Below, piece after piece: positions 12,790 through 25,054 of a stretch of DNA of 64,000 nt; positions within the stretch are counted from its first letter, which is position 1; the number at the start of each line of letters is the position of its first letter. This DNA is from Chiloscyllium plagiosum (taxonomy: Eukaryota), in the NCBI RefSeq assembly GCF_004010195.1, contig NC_057720.1, positions 9,654,930 to 9,718,929 of the forward strand, written 5' to 3'. The notes beneath the pieces are model-generated. The model saw only the letters and a list, made by a program, of their open reading frames with translations, searched no databases and was not told where the DNA came from. The translations under genes and the position numbers were made by a program.

Positions 12790-12995
12790 AGCATTTCCCA
12801 TGGTTAATCCATCTAGCCTGCACACTAAAGGGCAATCTGCCTAACTTTGGATTCTGGGAGGAAACTGCAGCAAAATCCTCACAGTCACAGAGAGAATATG
12901 CAAACTCCACACAGACAGTTGCCCGAGGCTGGAATTAAACCCGGGTCCCTGAGGCTGTGAGGTAGCAGTGCTAACCACTGAGTCACCGTTCCCCC
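12790..12995 (-). mobile_element. HE1-like V-SINE (partial)
   Basis: caaactccacacagacag..gcagtgctaaccactgag. Confidence 0.8.
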
Positions 12996-13624
12996 CCCTT
13001 TCAAGGAGACTGTAGCTATGCCTGGCACAAACGTCATTTAATCGACTTTTGTTTTTGCAGAAAGCAATGCAAGTCAATTCCAGTTGCACAAACTTATCAT
13101 AGCAGCATTTGCATCTGTGAAAGCTTTGAGTCCCAATGCTAATCAATCCTTCAATTGTTAATGTTTTCTTGTGACAATTAAGGATGATTGCTGAATTACA
13201 AATATTACAAACTTTGTGGACTTGTTTTGCAAAAATTAATTCAACCTGCAGCAGCAAAAATTTTAATGGATGCATATGGCAAGAAAAACAATGTTTAATT
13301 ACCCTTGGGACTTGGGTCTTCAAAGAAGCTTCAGTAGAAATAAGTTCAGGTGTTTCAACCTTTGACATTCTTCCTCTTAATGCAGTGTACGGTGTCTGTT
13401 AAATCCCTGAGGAAGCTGTAATAGATCAGCAATACAACTGCACAAACAGTAAGAAAATGAAAGACTTTGCATTTATGTTCAGACAGTGGTGATATACCAA
13501 AGTGCTTCAGATAAAATTCAGTTCATTACAAATGGAGCAACAATAGTTGTGTCAACAGATGAGGTTCCTGTACTGTGCACAGTAAGAGATCCAGAACACC
13601 GCAGCCTGTTTTTGAGGGCATTGC

Positions 13625-13995
13625 GCTGAGGTAGTGGTGTAGGGATCATGGCATCGGATCAGCAATCCAGTCATGCATGCTAATGATTGAGGAATGGGAG
13701 TTCAAATCCTACCAAGGCAGCTAGTGCAATTTAAATTTAATCCATAAACCCCTGGAATATAGATTTGATGGTGACCGTGGGCCACCATCAGCGATGCCCT
13801 GAAAAACCCACCTTGTTCACTAATGCCCTTTAAAGAAGGAAATCTCCTGTCCTTACCTGGTCTGGCCTACATGTGATTACAGGCCCATAGTAACGTGGTT
13901 GACTTTTAATGGCCCTCTGAAATGGCCGAGCAAGCCACTCAGTTCAAAGGCAATGAAGTTTAAGCAGCAAGTGTTGGCCTTACCTGTAATAACCA
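13625..13995 (+). mobile_element. tRNA-derived SINE with L2-type tail
   Basis: Same family as 11010-11355. Confidence 0.7.
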
Positions 13996-14683
13996 CATAG
14001 AACAGTACAGCACAGTCAGGCCCATCAGTCCTTGATGTTATGCCAACCTTTTATCCTACTCTAAGATCAGACTAACCTATATACCTTTTGTTGTACTATC
14101 ATCCATTCCTGAAGAAGGGCCTGTGCCCGAAACGTCGAATCTCCTGTTCCCTGGATGCTGCCTGACCTGCTGTGCTGTTCCAGCAATAAAGTTTCAACTA
14201 TCATCCATGTGCCTATCCAAGAGTCGCTTAAATGTCCCCAATGGATCTGAGTCTACTACCACTGCTGTGAGTGCATTCCACGCACCCACCACTCTCTGTA
14301 TAAAGAACCAACCTCTGACATCACCCCCAAACGTTCCTCTAATCACCTTAAAATTATGACCCCTCATGATAGCCATTTCCACCCTGGGAAAAAGCCTCTG
14401 GCTATCCACTCTATCTATGCCTCTCATTACCTTGTATACTTCTATCAAGTCACCTCTCATCCTTCTTCACTCCAATGAGAAAAGCCCTAGCTCCCTCAGC
14501 CTTTCTTCATAAGACATGTCCCTCGAGTCCAGGCAGTATCCTGGTAAAACTCCTCTGCAAACTCTAGAAAGCATCCACATCCTTCCTACAATGGGTAAGT
14601 GTGGTCTAACCAGGGCTCTATAGAGCTGCAGCATAACTTCACAGCTCTTAAACTCAATCCCTCCCCAAACGAAAGCCAACACA
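13996..14683 (-). mobile_element. CR1 LINE 3' end
   Basis: MRGDLIEVYKVMRGIDRVD..FFIQRVVGAWNAL; LYRALVRPHL. Confidence 0.9.
14105..14140 (+). ncRNA. Minimal type-I hammerhead ribozyme motif in a PLE fragment (14107-14196, TSD actatcatccat)
   Basis: attc-CTGAAGA-a-gggc-ctgt-gccc-GAAA-cgtc-gaat: stem I attc/gaat, stem II gggc/gccc, predicted GUC cleavage after 14136. Confidence 0.7.
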
Positions 14684-14699
14684 TGACAGGTAAGAATTT

Positions 14700-14880
14700 A
14701 GAAGTGGCAGCAGATGCTGGATATACTCAGCAGACCTGTCTGCATCTTGGCCAGCTAATGTTTCAGTTCGATGACCGATATCAGATCTCTGTTTTTCTCT
14801 CTCTCCGCTGATGCTTGCAGACCTGTCGAGTGTTTCCAACATTTTCTGTTTTCAGTGTGGATTTCCGGTCATCTGGCTTT
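14700..14880. mobile_element. Decayed palindromic PLE-derived element (family B-like)
   Basis: gcagatgctggatatactcagcagacctg ... gatgcttgcagacctgtcgagtgtttccaac inverted arms. Confidence 0.55.
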
Positions 14881-15002
14881 CATTTTTGAGGAAGCTGACC
14901 AAGAAGGCATTGTAGTCCGAGAGGTTGATCTTGCACAGTTAACGCAATCCAATCATTAACATTCGCCAGAGTTAACAAAGAAGACTTGGGTTAACTCACC
15001 TT

Positions 15003-15342
15003 GGGGGCAGCACGGTGGCTCCATGGTTAGCACTGCCCCTCCCAGGGCCAGGGACCCGGGTTCGATTCCAGCCTCGGGCAACTGGCTGTGTGGAGTTTGC
15101 ACATTGCCGTTCGTGTCTGTCTGGGTTTCCTCTGGGTGCTCTGGTTTCCTCCCACAGTCTAAAGGTGTGTGGGTTAAGTGGATTGGCCATGCTTAAATTG
15201 TCCATAATGTCCCGAGATGTGCAGGATAGGTGGATTGACCGTGAGAAATACAGGGTTATAGGGCAAGGGTGGGATATTCTTCAACGGGTTAGTGTGTACT
15301 TAATGGGCTGATTGGCCTACTTCCACGCTATAGGGTTCTATG
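15003..15342 (+). mobile_element. HE1-like V-SINE
   Basis: ggggcagcacggtggctc..ggttcgattcc head, core, tail. Confidence 0.85.
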
Positions 15343-15564
15343 ACAACATTTAACATTGTCTAAAGGAGACAATACTTCTTTACCTAAGCATGTCACACTG
15401 GTGTAAGCCTAGACTTTGCATTAACATCCCAACTCAGAGCTCAACCTGCAATCTTCTGGTTTAGAAATGACAGCGTTAACTTTGGAACAATGTTGCAAGC
15501 TTTTCAACAGCAACTTGCTCATAGTCAGGTCCCTTGACATATTAAATCAATATGTCAAGGGATC

Positions 15565-15840
15565 TGCCTCACAGCGCCAGAGACCCGGGTTCAATTCCCG
15601 CCTCAGGCGACTGACTGTGTGGAGTTTGCACGTTCTCCCAGTGTCTGCGTGGGTTTCCTCCGGGTGCTCCAGTTTCCTCCCACAGTCCAAAGATGTGCAG
15701 GTCAGGTGAATTGGCCATGCTAAATTGCCCGTAGTGTTAGGTAAGGGGTAAATGTAGGGGTATGGATAGGTTACGCTTCGGCGGGTCGGTGTGGACTTGT
15801 TGGGCTGAAGGACCTGTTTCCACACTGTAATGTAATGTAA
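15565..15840 (+). mobile_element. Young 5'-truncated HE1-like V-SINE
   Basis: Very similar to 45801-46116; tail (tgtaa)n. Confidence 0.9.
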
Positions 15841-15894
15841 AATAAATCTCTTAAAGAGCCTCACATGAGCACAATAGGAACAAAACAGAAATAG

Positions 15895-16215
15895 GAATAA
15901 GTGAGGACTGCAGATGCTGGAGATCAGTATCAAAAAGTGTTGCGCTGGGATAGCGCAGGAGGTCAGGCAGGCCATTCCCAATGAAGGGCTTATGCTCAAA
16001 ATGTTGACTCCACTGTTCCTCGGATGCTGCCTGACCTGCTGTGCTTTTCCAGTGCTACACGTTTTGACACAAAATAGTAATAGGCCATTGAGCCTCATGA
16101 TTCTGGATTAGAGTGTTGCTGAAAAAGCACAGCAGTCAGACAGCATCCAAGGAGCAGGAAAATCGACATTTCGGGCAAAAACCCCTTCATCAGGAGTCAT
16201 TGTTTTTACCTCATT
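15895..16215. mobile_element. Two adjacent PLE family A fragments (one palindromic)
   Basis: gtgaggactgcagatgctggagatcag arms; decayed hammerheads at ~15978-16008 (+) and ~16160-16195 (-). Confidence 0.75.
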
Positions 16216-16529
16216 GAGCCCCATGAGTCTTCCACATTAGTCATACTATCACATGTGGTTGAACACTTCAATGCCTTTTAGTCACCCATTCCCTCTAACC
16301 CTGTATACAATTCATACTCAGAAATCTATCAATCCCTTCCTCAGGCATACTCAAGACTGAAATACTTTTTATTAGGACAGGTCACAGAAAGGATGAAGTG
16401 AGAGATCCAGAGCTAAGGCTCAAAGCTGAAGGCACAGTCCCAGTGAAGCAATTGAATGGAGGAAGTATAAGAGACAGAAATCATTGGGACACAGATGGAC
16501 AAGAGAGTTGTAGGGGCTGGAAATCATAA

Positions 16530-16945
16530 AATGATATAATTGGAATAGAAGTCAGCCATTCAACCCATCAAATCTGATCCAACTTTCAATGAAATCTTGG
16601 CTGATCTGCTGATTCTCAATTCCACTTTCTTGCTTTTTCCTCACAACCCCTGATTCTCCTTCTGATTAAAAAATTGTCCAGCTGAGCCCTCAAACATACT
16701 TAACAACCCAACCCTGACAGCCCTCTGTGATGAAAAAGGTACCACAGATTCACTGCCCTCTGGGAGAAATTCCTCCTCATCTCTGTTCTAAATCTGTGAG
16801 CCCCTATTCTGAGATGATGCCCTCAGTTCCTTGACTCTCCCACAAGGGGAAATAACCTTCCTACATCATCTACCCTGTCAAGTCCCTACAGAATCTTGTT
16901 TCAATGCAGTCGGCAATCATTCTTCTGTATTCCAACGAGTGCAGG
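16530..16945 (-). mobile_element. CR1 3' end
   Basis: ccacagattcactgccctctgggagaaattcctcctcatctc is the reverse complement of the CR1 FFSQRVVNLW region. Confidence 0.7.
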
Positions 16946-17299
16946 CCCAGATTATTTTATTGCCTTACCCCCTCCCAATCTTTGCAACCTTCCTCTTCAG
17001 ACCTGTAAAACACCTAGAGATTTAATGTGCTCTAATTCCATCTCTCGAGCACCATGATTTCCAATAACTCACAATTGGTGGCCAAGCCTTCCACTCCCTA
17101 TAGCAGGTAAATCTTGGTATACCTTCCTCCATCACCTCACCTTCTTCCTTTCAACCAGTCCATAAGACGATAAGTAAGACCATAAGGCATGAGAGCAGAA
17201 TTAGGCCATTCAGCCCATTGAGAATGCTCCACATTCAACGAGATCATGGCTGATCTGATAATCCTCAACTCCACTTCCTATCTTTTGCCAAAAGCATTG

Positions 17300-18290
17300 G
17301 ATTTAGATTTAAATTTAGATTTTATTGTCATGCATCCTCCCGTACAATCATAAAGGAGTAGAGTAAAAAGTGTACAATGCCACCACACATAATGCCAACT
17401 TAGGTACAAAGGTACCTAAGTACAAAACACTTAGGTACAACATAGTGAAAGAGAGAAATAAAGCTAAAAAGTTAAGCATTACAGACTATCACAGTGTAAG
17501 TATAAGAATAAGGAAATAAGGTAATAATTAATGTTAAAGTTCTTATTAATATAAACTAGAAAAATAAAGAAATGAAGTTCAAAGTTCAATAGGTCTTCCT
17601 GAGTGCTTAGCCATAATGAGGCCCCAGTCTCGTCTCTCAGCTCACTCTCTGGGAGACCTCAGATGCCTGTTCTCGACAGCACCGTCCACATACCAGGGGT
17701 CCTCCCTCACCACTTGCTGATCCCGCATTGGGCTCGACTCGGATTGACAACGTCCACTCTCCAGACCTGATGGAGACACAATGCCACCCCCACTGAAGCT
17801 GCCGTTTCCCATCTCCTCTTGTTGCATCCGGAACACTCCTGGGCAGGATCCATTCGTAGTCTCCGATCACCGGGTCCCCGGAACATGCCCGAATATGAAC
17901 CGTTCACAGCGGCCGATCACCAGGTAACCGGAACATGCCCGGGAAAAACCCACTCACAGCCTCCAATCACCGGGTAATAGCACATACCCGGGTAAAACAC
18001 ACCCGCAGCCTCCAATCACCGGGTAACTGAACATGCCCGGGTAAAACACACCCACAGCCTCCAATCACCGGATAACCGAACATGCCCGGATAAAACCCAC
18101 TCACAGCCTCCGATCACCGGGTAACTGAACATGCCCGGGTAAAACACACTCACAACCTCTGATCACCGGGTAACTGAACATACCCGGGTAAAACCCACTC
18201 ACAGCCTCCGATCACCGGGTAACTGAACATGCCCGGGTAAAACACACTCACAGCCTCCGATCACCGGGTACCCGGAACATGCTTGGACAA
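17300..18290 (-). mobile_element. 5'-truncated non-coding retroposon with LINE-type tail and internal VNTR
   Basis: Tail gacaataaaatctaaatttaaatctaaat on the minus strand; 3' body similar to 37270-37705; inserted in a CR1 tail. Confidence 0.6.
17865..18290. repeat. Minisatellite, 49-50-bp unit, ~9 copies
   Basis: gatcaccgggtaactgaacatgcccgggtaaaacacactcacagcctcc recurs at 18112, 18161, 18210 and 18259. Confidence 0.95.
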
Positions 18291-18511
18291 GATTCCCTTA
18301 CTGATTAAGAACCTGCCTGCCCTAACCTCCAGTATACGCGACAATACCCAGTGTGGTAAAGAATTCTGAGGATTTGTGATCTTTCAAAAAAGAAATTGCT
18401 TTTCAGCTCCATTTTTGGAAGGTGAAGGCAATAGAGGGATTTGAAAAACCAAGAATAACAATGTGAAGGAGACAAACAGAGGGCTCACACATGAGCAAGA
18501 CATTGACCAGA

Positions 18512-18734
18512 GGGTGTAGGTTTGATATCCAGACGTTTCATTACCTGGCTAGGTAACATCATCAGTGGCGACCTCCAAGTGAAGCCAACTGAAGACCTCC
18601 AAGTGAAGAGGTCGCCACTGATGATGTTACCTAGCCAGGTAATGAAACATCTGGATATCAAACCTACAGCTCAGCAAGCAAACCTCCACCCTAAACCTCA
18701 ACCTGAGCTACAAACCTTCACAAACCTTGCAAAA
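18512..18734. mobile_element. Palindromic Penelope pseudo-LTR element (family D)
   Basis: Inverted arms; 12-bp TSD acattgaccaga (18500-18511, 18735-18746); same terminal family as the GIY-YIG element at 35958-36630. Confidence 0.9.
18529..18568 (-). ncRNA. Minimal hammerhead ribozyme motif, intact core
   Basis: Minus strand cca-CTGATGA-t-gttacct-agcc-aggtaat-GAAA-cgtc-tgg; mirror copy on + at 18615-18654 has catc. Confidence 0.75.
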
Positions 18735-19319
18735 ACATTGACCAGAAGTTTCCATTTTTTAAATCAAGTGTTGGGGGGTGGGCTGGGTGGTTGGTGGGGA
18801 GGGAAGGATGGTGACTTTGTGAGGAAGAACACCCATCACCACCAATTAGCAGGTGTTCCAGAGCAAGGGTCAGTCAGGCTAGCTTCCTGGGTCAGCCCTA
18901 TCTGAGGAAGGTTCAAGCAGTGGTTAGAATGTTCATGTTGGGAGCTGCAGAGCACTGCTGAAGGTCAGGAGCAGTGGGAAAGCAAGTGGGGTTATGGGGT
19001 AGCAGGGTAAGGGTGGAGGGAGGGGAGCTAGGAAAGTTGGAGGCCAAGCCGAAAAGTTGGTTTTCAATGGCCACCCACTTGCTGTCCATCCATGCCTCAC
19101 GCCCACCTCCAAATAGAGGCAGATAGAGGACCCCAGTCCCTGCAAATGGACAGCATGGCCTCCTTGTTTCACCAGGCAGGAACTATTAGCACCTGCCGGA
19201 AATGCAGTGAGATTGGGTAATGCCCTTGAGTGTCCATTTATTGACTATTTAAGGGCCTTAGTTGTCAGCAGGTGAGAAAGGTTAGCCATGACCCGTCTGT
19301 TGTGCTCTTGAAGGGTTCT

Positions 19320-19555
19320 TGTAGAGCAGTGGTAGTGCCCCTACCTCAGAGTCAGGAGGCCCAGGTTTCAGTCTTTTCCACTCGGGGGTGTGTTATGACA
19401 AATCTGAACAGGTTGATGAAAAAAAAAGTTGCATCTTTTAAGAGCCGTTGTGGCACAGTAGTGGTGCCCCGATCTGAGCCTGGAGATCTGGTCCAAATCC
19501 CACCTGCTCCAAAAGTGTGTAATAACATCTCTGAACAGGGTGTTTAGAAACTATC
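19320..19555 (+). mobile_element. Two tandem short tRNA-like SINE copies
   Basis: Each reads cagtggtagtgccc..ctgaacagg; related to 2575-2690. Confidence 0.5.
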
Positions 19556-19724
19556 CTGTAGTGCTTTTTTCCCTAACATTTCTTTGCACAACGTCAAATG
19601 GTAGTAATCAGATAAATACTCAGATGCCATATCAGTTATACAATGCTATTTAATGAAATCAGCAACAGACAAGCCTTAGCCCTTACACAGAGTTTGACCA
19701 GTAAACAGAGAGTTGTTTTATATA

Positions 19725-20050
19725 ATCTGTACAGTGTGGAAACAGGCCATTCAACCCAACAGGTCCATACTGACACTCTGAAGAGCATCCCACCAAGACG
19801 CAACTCCCTACCCTATCCCTGTAACCCTGCATTTCCCCATAGCTAATCCACCTAGCTTGCATTTCCCTGGGCAAGGTGGACAATTTAGCATGACTGATCC
19901 ACCTAACCTGCACATATTTGGATTGTGGGAGGAAACCCAGGCAGACACGGGGAGAATGTGCAAGCTCCACACAGACAGTTGCCTGAGTCTGGAATTGAAC
20001 CTGGGTCCCTGGCGCTGTGAGGCAGCAGTGCTAGCCATTGAGCCACCATG
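19725..20050 (-). mobile_element. HE1-like V-SINE
   Basis: Full head, core and tail. Confidence 0.85.
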
Positions 20051-20439
20051 AACAAAAGCACAAATTACTGGAAAAACTCAGCAGGTCTGGCAGCATCTGT
20101 AGGAAGAAAGCAGAGCTAGCATTTTCAGTCTGGTGACTCGTCATCAGATGACCAGGCTCTAGTCTGGACAGTCCTGCTGTGCTCACAATCTCTGACCTAT
20201 GGCCCCGTGCTTGAGAGTTGTTTCCGGGTTCTCTATCACTATGCTGGGCCCTTCCTTGTTTATACTGTCAGATTCTTTCATCTTAACCTTGTCCACGTCT
20301 CTGGTCATATGGTTTTTACTAACTATGTGGTTACCCATTTCTTATTTCTTCATTTCATCAGCTGCCTGTCCAGAGCGTTGGGTTATATGATCTTATCATG
20401 TGTGGTTGTTGCTGTCAGCATTTTATGGTTTCATTTTTT

Positions 20440-20765
20440 TTAACTTTATTCATTCACAGGATGAGGGTGTTGCTCGCCAGGTCAGTATTTATTGCCCAGA
20501 TGTCAGTGAAGAGTCAACCACATTGCTGTGGGTCTGGAGCCACATGTAGGACAGACTAGGTAAGGATGGCAGTTTCCTTCCCTAAAGGGCACTGGTGAAT
20601 CAGATGGGCTTTTCTGACGATCATCAATGGTCATCATGAGACTCTTAATTCCGCATTTTTATTGAATTCAAATTCGATCATCTGCCATGATGGGCTTTGA
20701 ACCCCAGTACCCAGAACATTACCTGGGTCTCTAGATCAATCATACCACTGTGCCATTGCTCCCCA
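20440..20765 (-). mobile_element. tRNA-derived SINE with L2-type tail
   Basis: Reverse complement of the 11010-11355 family. Confidence 0.75.
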
Positions 20766-20944
20766 TGTTTCTGTATACATGATAGTTTAAGCAATAACCT
20801 TTAAACTCTTGCTATCCCTACTTCATGCCAGTTACTTTGGCCAAGTTAAAATCATATTTTCATTTTAGTGTCTTCCAATTCTCACACAGTACCTAATTCC
20901 TGTGGTGGCAGGCAATGGGCAAGAGTACACCTGACACCAACCTA

Positions 20945-21190
20945 GGTGACACGGTGTCTCAGTGGTTAGCACTGCTACCTCACAGCGCCAGGGTCCTAGG
21001 TTTGATTCCAACCTTGGGCGACTGTGTGGAGTCTGTGTGGGTTTCCTCTGGGTATTTCCAAAGATGTGCAGGTCAGGTGAATTGTCCACAGTTGTTAGGT
21101 GCATTAGTCAGAGGGGGGGTGGGTTACTCTTCGGAGGGTTGGTGTGGACTTGTTGGGCTGAAGGGACTTTTTCCACACTGTAGGGAATCC
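20945..21190 (+). mobile_element. HE1-like V-SINE
   Basis: ggtgtctcagtggttagcactgctacctcacagcgcc head. Confidence 0.85.
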
Positions 21191-21944
21191 TGTTTGATAC
21201 TTTCCCTGTCACCTCTCGGGAGAGAAATATCCCAGCCTTGATTTGACACAAACTGAAGAATTTTGCGTAAGTTGATGTTTACCAAAGAGCAGAGCATTGA
21301 GAAAGTTGAACCTGGAGGGTATGGGTATTGGGCTTGCCTGGAAGCCTTTTTTTCACATTACAATTAATGTACTTTTGATTGTGCTGCCAAAACTAATGGG
21401 GATAAAAATCACACAAATAGAGCAAATGCTAATTGCTTGTTAAATTAACCATTAGCTAATATGCCTTGGGTAGCTCTGAAGAACATGGGATTTCTAACAT
21501 AATAATGAACGTATTGTTTGCTATATTGCCTATAATCTGTTCAAAACAAATTAAAAAGGTTTCATACATTCTGATATGTTTGTTTTGCCAGGAAACAGGA
21601 CTTGCATTTTGCAAGTATCTTTCTGCCGAATATCATGGAATCTGATTAACATTATTCAGTGACCAAGTCTCAGCAATGTTCATTACTTTGCATTGTATGC
21701 ATATTGAAATGACTCAAAAAATATGTAATCTCTGTTTCATTTTCCACTCCAAACTCATGTATCGAACTTCTGTGGAACATATATAGTTTGAGGAAATCTT
21801 ATGGTAAAATTGAAATTTTTATTGAGTAATTCTAACTTTTGGTACCTGCACAATCAGGGAAAGAACACTATGAATTTATCTCATAGCCTGAGACTGCAAT
21901 ATCTTAAATATGTCTCACTACATTTTTCAAATGTAGTCACTACA

Positions 21945-22572
21945 ATTCGGTTGGCAAGTGAGGCAGCCATTTTGTAACCAATAAGAAGCTACAAGGAGTA
22001 CTGGAATTGTCAGCTGATCGGTCCCTGAGGAAGCCATGCTGTTTCAGACAGCAGGTAAATGATGGCATTGTTGATAAGGAGAACACTGGAGGAGATTTTG
22101 CATGAGACAGTCTGAGTGAGTATGGAGACGGGGAAAAGTCAGGTTTACTGCAAAAGTTAGATCTCCAGATTGAAAGGTGAGTGAGAGAGGTTAAAAGATA
22201 TGGAACAAGAGCCCTACTTGCAGTAAAACCACAATGTGAAGCTGATTGATGAGTATGTTTTTCTTTTAACTAAGTATGAGGTCTTCAGTTTGTATTTATG
22301 TCTCTAGTCTTTTTTGTTCTCTTTATCTTAAAAATAGATTGTTAAATATGCCATTGAACCTGGTGTGTAAAACAAAATGAACTAAATTGAACTGTAAAGA
22401 AAGGGTGATTCTTCAAGTGTAAAAAAAATACTGGAGTGATTAATACATTAAATATGATATGATAATAATGGCACGTCGGGTGATGTGTTGCTGCTGCAGT
22501 ATGTGGAAAATGCTGGGCATCAAGGTGATCCAAGTTAATCGCATCTATCATAAGTGTCATAAGAAGTCATAG
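21945..22572 (+). mobile_element. Probable CR1 5' UTR and start of ORF1 (Cys-rich N-terminus), decayed
   Basis: 22468-22572 reads MARRVMCCCCSMWKMLGIKVIQVNRIYHKC, resembling the CxxCxMW...CxKC start of CR1 ORF1 as I recall it; upstream gccattttg (YY1-like) and ccaat. Confidence 0.45.
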
Positions 22573-23654
22573 CAGATTTTTAACTGTTTCTCCCTCCACA
22601 GATGATGCCAGAACTGCTGAGTTTCTTCAGCATTTGCTATGTTTGTTTGAGATTTGCAGCATCCACAATATTTTGCCTTTACCTGTAAAACCTGACACAA
22701 TCCACTAGATAACCAAAAGTTTATAGGCCTGTTGAATGGATTACGTATTTTATGCATTTTGTCCATAAAAGATCAGCACCGATAGTCCACTTGTCTTTAA
22801 TAGAACAGGAATTGGGAAGAGGTTCATGCTTAACCACTAAGTTAGAGGAAGAAAAGGCCAACAATTCTCTCCATCTCGAAGAGGATGTTCCTCAATTTCT
22901 CTGCACAAGAGTCTGCCAAATTGTAAAACAATGATTCCAGTGACAGTCCATGCAGTCTAGAGCTGATCAAAGATTTCAAGATATAAAGCATTCAACAAGA
23001 CACAGATACCTTCCCCTGTATTTCTACATGAGGCACAAATGTAAAGTGACAAATCTGTCAGTACTTTCAGCTTGCTGAATGGGAATACAATGTTACTGAT
23101 TCAGGGCAATGATTCATTAACGATTAGCACCAAATATCTCCAATTCATTTGAATAGCATAAAGCAGCATCAATTATAATAGCTGAATAAGCATTTGGTTA
23201 TACTAAATTGCTAGATATTCTATTGCCCTCTTTCCCATTACTCCAGGCTCAACTGAAAAAATTCTACTAAGCAAAAGCAAATTGAGAGTGCAAAAGCTCA
23301 GTGTCTTTGTCCACTATTGAGTATCGAATCCATTTTTGTTACCATATTGACTTTGCAATAATCATTACGCAGACTTTGTGATCCATCTGATATTTGTTCT
23401 AAATCATGTCAGGTGAGCTCCAGCTACTATGATTCAATTCAATAATGTCATAGTACATTGTGAAATTAACTAGACCTAAAATCATTGGGTTGAGTTTGTA
23501 AGTTTCTCGTTTTATCAGTCATGTATTTCCCACATTGACATAATGTATGGCCTAAGACATTCTTTTAGCCTATTTACAAAGATCAATTTAGAAAATTATT
23601 ATAGCTTATACACTTTGATAGTTTCTGAGAGATGGCATACTACCCAATTTAGAA

Positions 23655-23835
23655 AGGTTGGTTAGCTCATAAAGCTGGCTTGCAATACATGAACAATACC
23701 AATAGCATGTATTTAATTCCCACAACCAGCTGAAGTTGCCAACTCTCCCTCACTTGATACAAGGTGTCCCTCAGGCTAAACCAGCATCAAACATCTCTTT
23801 CTAATGGGAGAGTAGGACTATGATAACTTTACTTT
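23655..23835 (+). mobile_element. Decayed tRNA-like SINE (third family)
   Basis: ccctcaggctaaacc..ctaatgggagag..gactatgataacttt; a second copy at 24915-25730 is split by a CR1. Confidence 0.5.
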
Positions 23836-24261
23836 TATTATCCAGTTTGATATCTGGTCACTTTCTGAATTTTCGATTTCTGATTCATTCTCAGATCATT
23901 CTAATATTATTATTTCACTTTATATTTATTTTGTCACTGTAAATAGACATCTGACTATTGTTTCATTCATAGCTTTGTTATAACATAGTAACATGACAAA
24001 ATCATTGACTTTCCTTTGGACACATTAAGATTAACAAGCATTAACAAGGAACTAACAAGCAATAACAAGGAACTAACAAGCATTAACAAGAAATTCCTGA
24101 CAATGGGCCTTTATCATGGTCTTAAAAGTTTGATGCTATCATTTTAATGTTCCTTGAAAGTTTGTATAGTTAATTGAAAATGTAATTTTTTTTATCATAA
24201 ACTATTCCATGTTTCTTTGAATTTTGAGCCTTGATCCAATTGTATTTCTTTTGGTTGGCAA

Positions 24262-24380
24262 ACATGAGAACTGCAGATGCTGGAGATGAGAGCAAAGAGT
24301 GTGGTGCTGGAAAAGCTCAGCAGGTCAAGCAGCATCCGAGGAACAGGAGAATCAATGTTTTGGGTAAAAGCCCTTCATCA
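24262..24380 (-). mobile_element. PLE family A fragment
   Basis: ctgcagatgctggagatgagag..aatgttttgggtaaaagcccttcatca. Confidence 0.75.
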
Positions 24381-24615
24381 CCTTTTCTTACAAAAAAATT
24401 GAGCTAATTTCCCAGTACCACTTTTTCCGTAATTGTCTCTCAACAAGCTTTTACAAATCATTTACATTTGTTAAAAAAATATTGATTCTTGCTCATGGTT
24501 GTAGAGAACAGTTCCACACCATCCATTAAGATAATATTAAATGGTTCTTTGAAAGCTGCCATTGGATTGAAAGATGCAAGTTTAGTTGATGGGTGGGATT
24601 TTACACTATCCTGTG

Positions 24616-24850
24616 TATAGTGATGATGATAAGAGGAGCCAAGTGGATTTTTTAGAATATACGGTCCCTAATTGGGGCTGTCAACCTGGTTCAACCAGGG
24701 AGCCCTGGCTTACAGATATAAATAGGAGTGTCAGAGGTTCTGCTCACTCTGAGAGCTAGCTCTGAGGAAATTAAATCATGTCAAGGACACTCCATGTGTA
24801 AATAAAGGGTGACATGGTGACAGGATGCTGGCCTCTATGAAGTTATTTCA
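24616..24850 (+). mobile_element. Short solo LTR-like element inserted in the Gmr1-like integrase
   Basis: TATAAATA near 24717, AATAAA near 24800, ends ttatttCA; flanks ctgtg / ccatg are compatible with a CpG-decayed ccgtg TSD. Confidence 0.55.
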
Positions 24851-25054
24851 CCATGCCCGGTGTGACAAGTAAAGTTTTGCCATATCTTGATGTAATCCAT
24901 TATATGTAAAACTGTTTAGCTTGAATGGTTGGTTAGTGATGCCAATAGCATAGTTTTGATTCCTGAACTAGCTGAGGTTACCAGGAAGGATTCCCCTTCT
25001 GAATCTGTCCCCTTGCCTGAGGTGCGGTGACCCTCAGGTTAAACCACTACCGTA

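Noticed and set aside
23247..23412. Exon-like segment with good acceptor and donor on +
   Set aside because: Stops in all three frames, and it overlaps the antisense of the Gmr1-like RT remnant.
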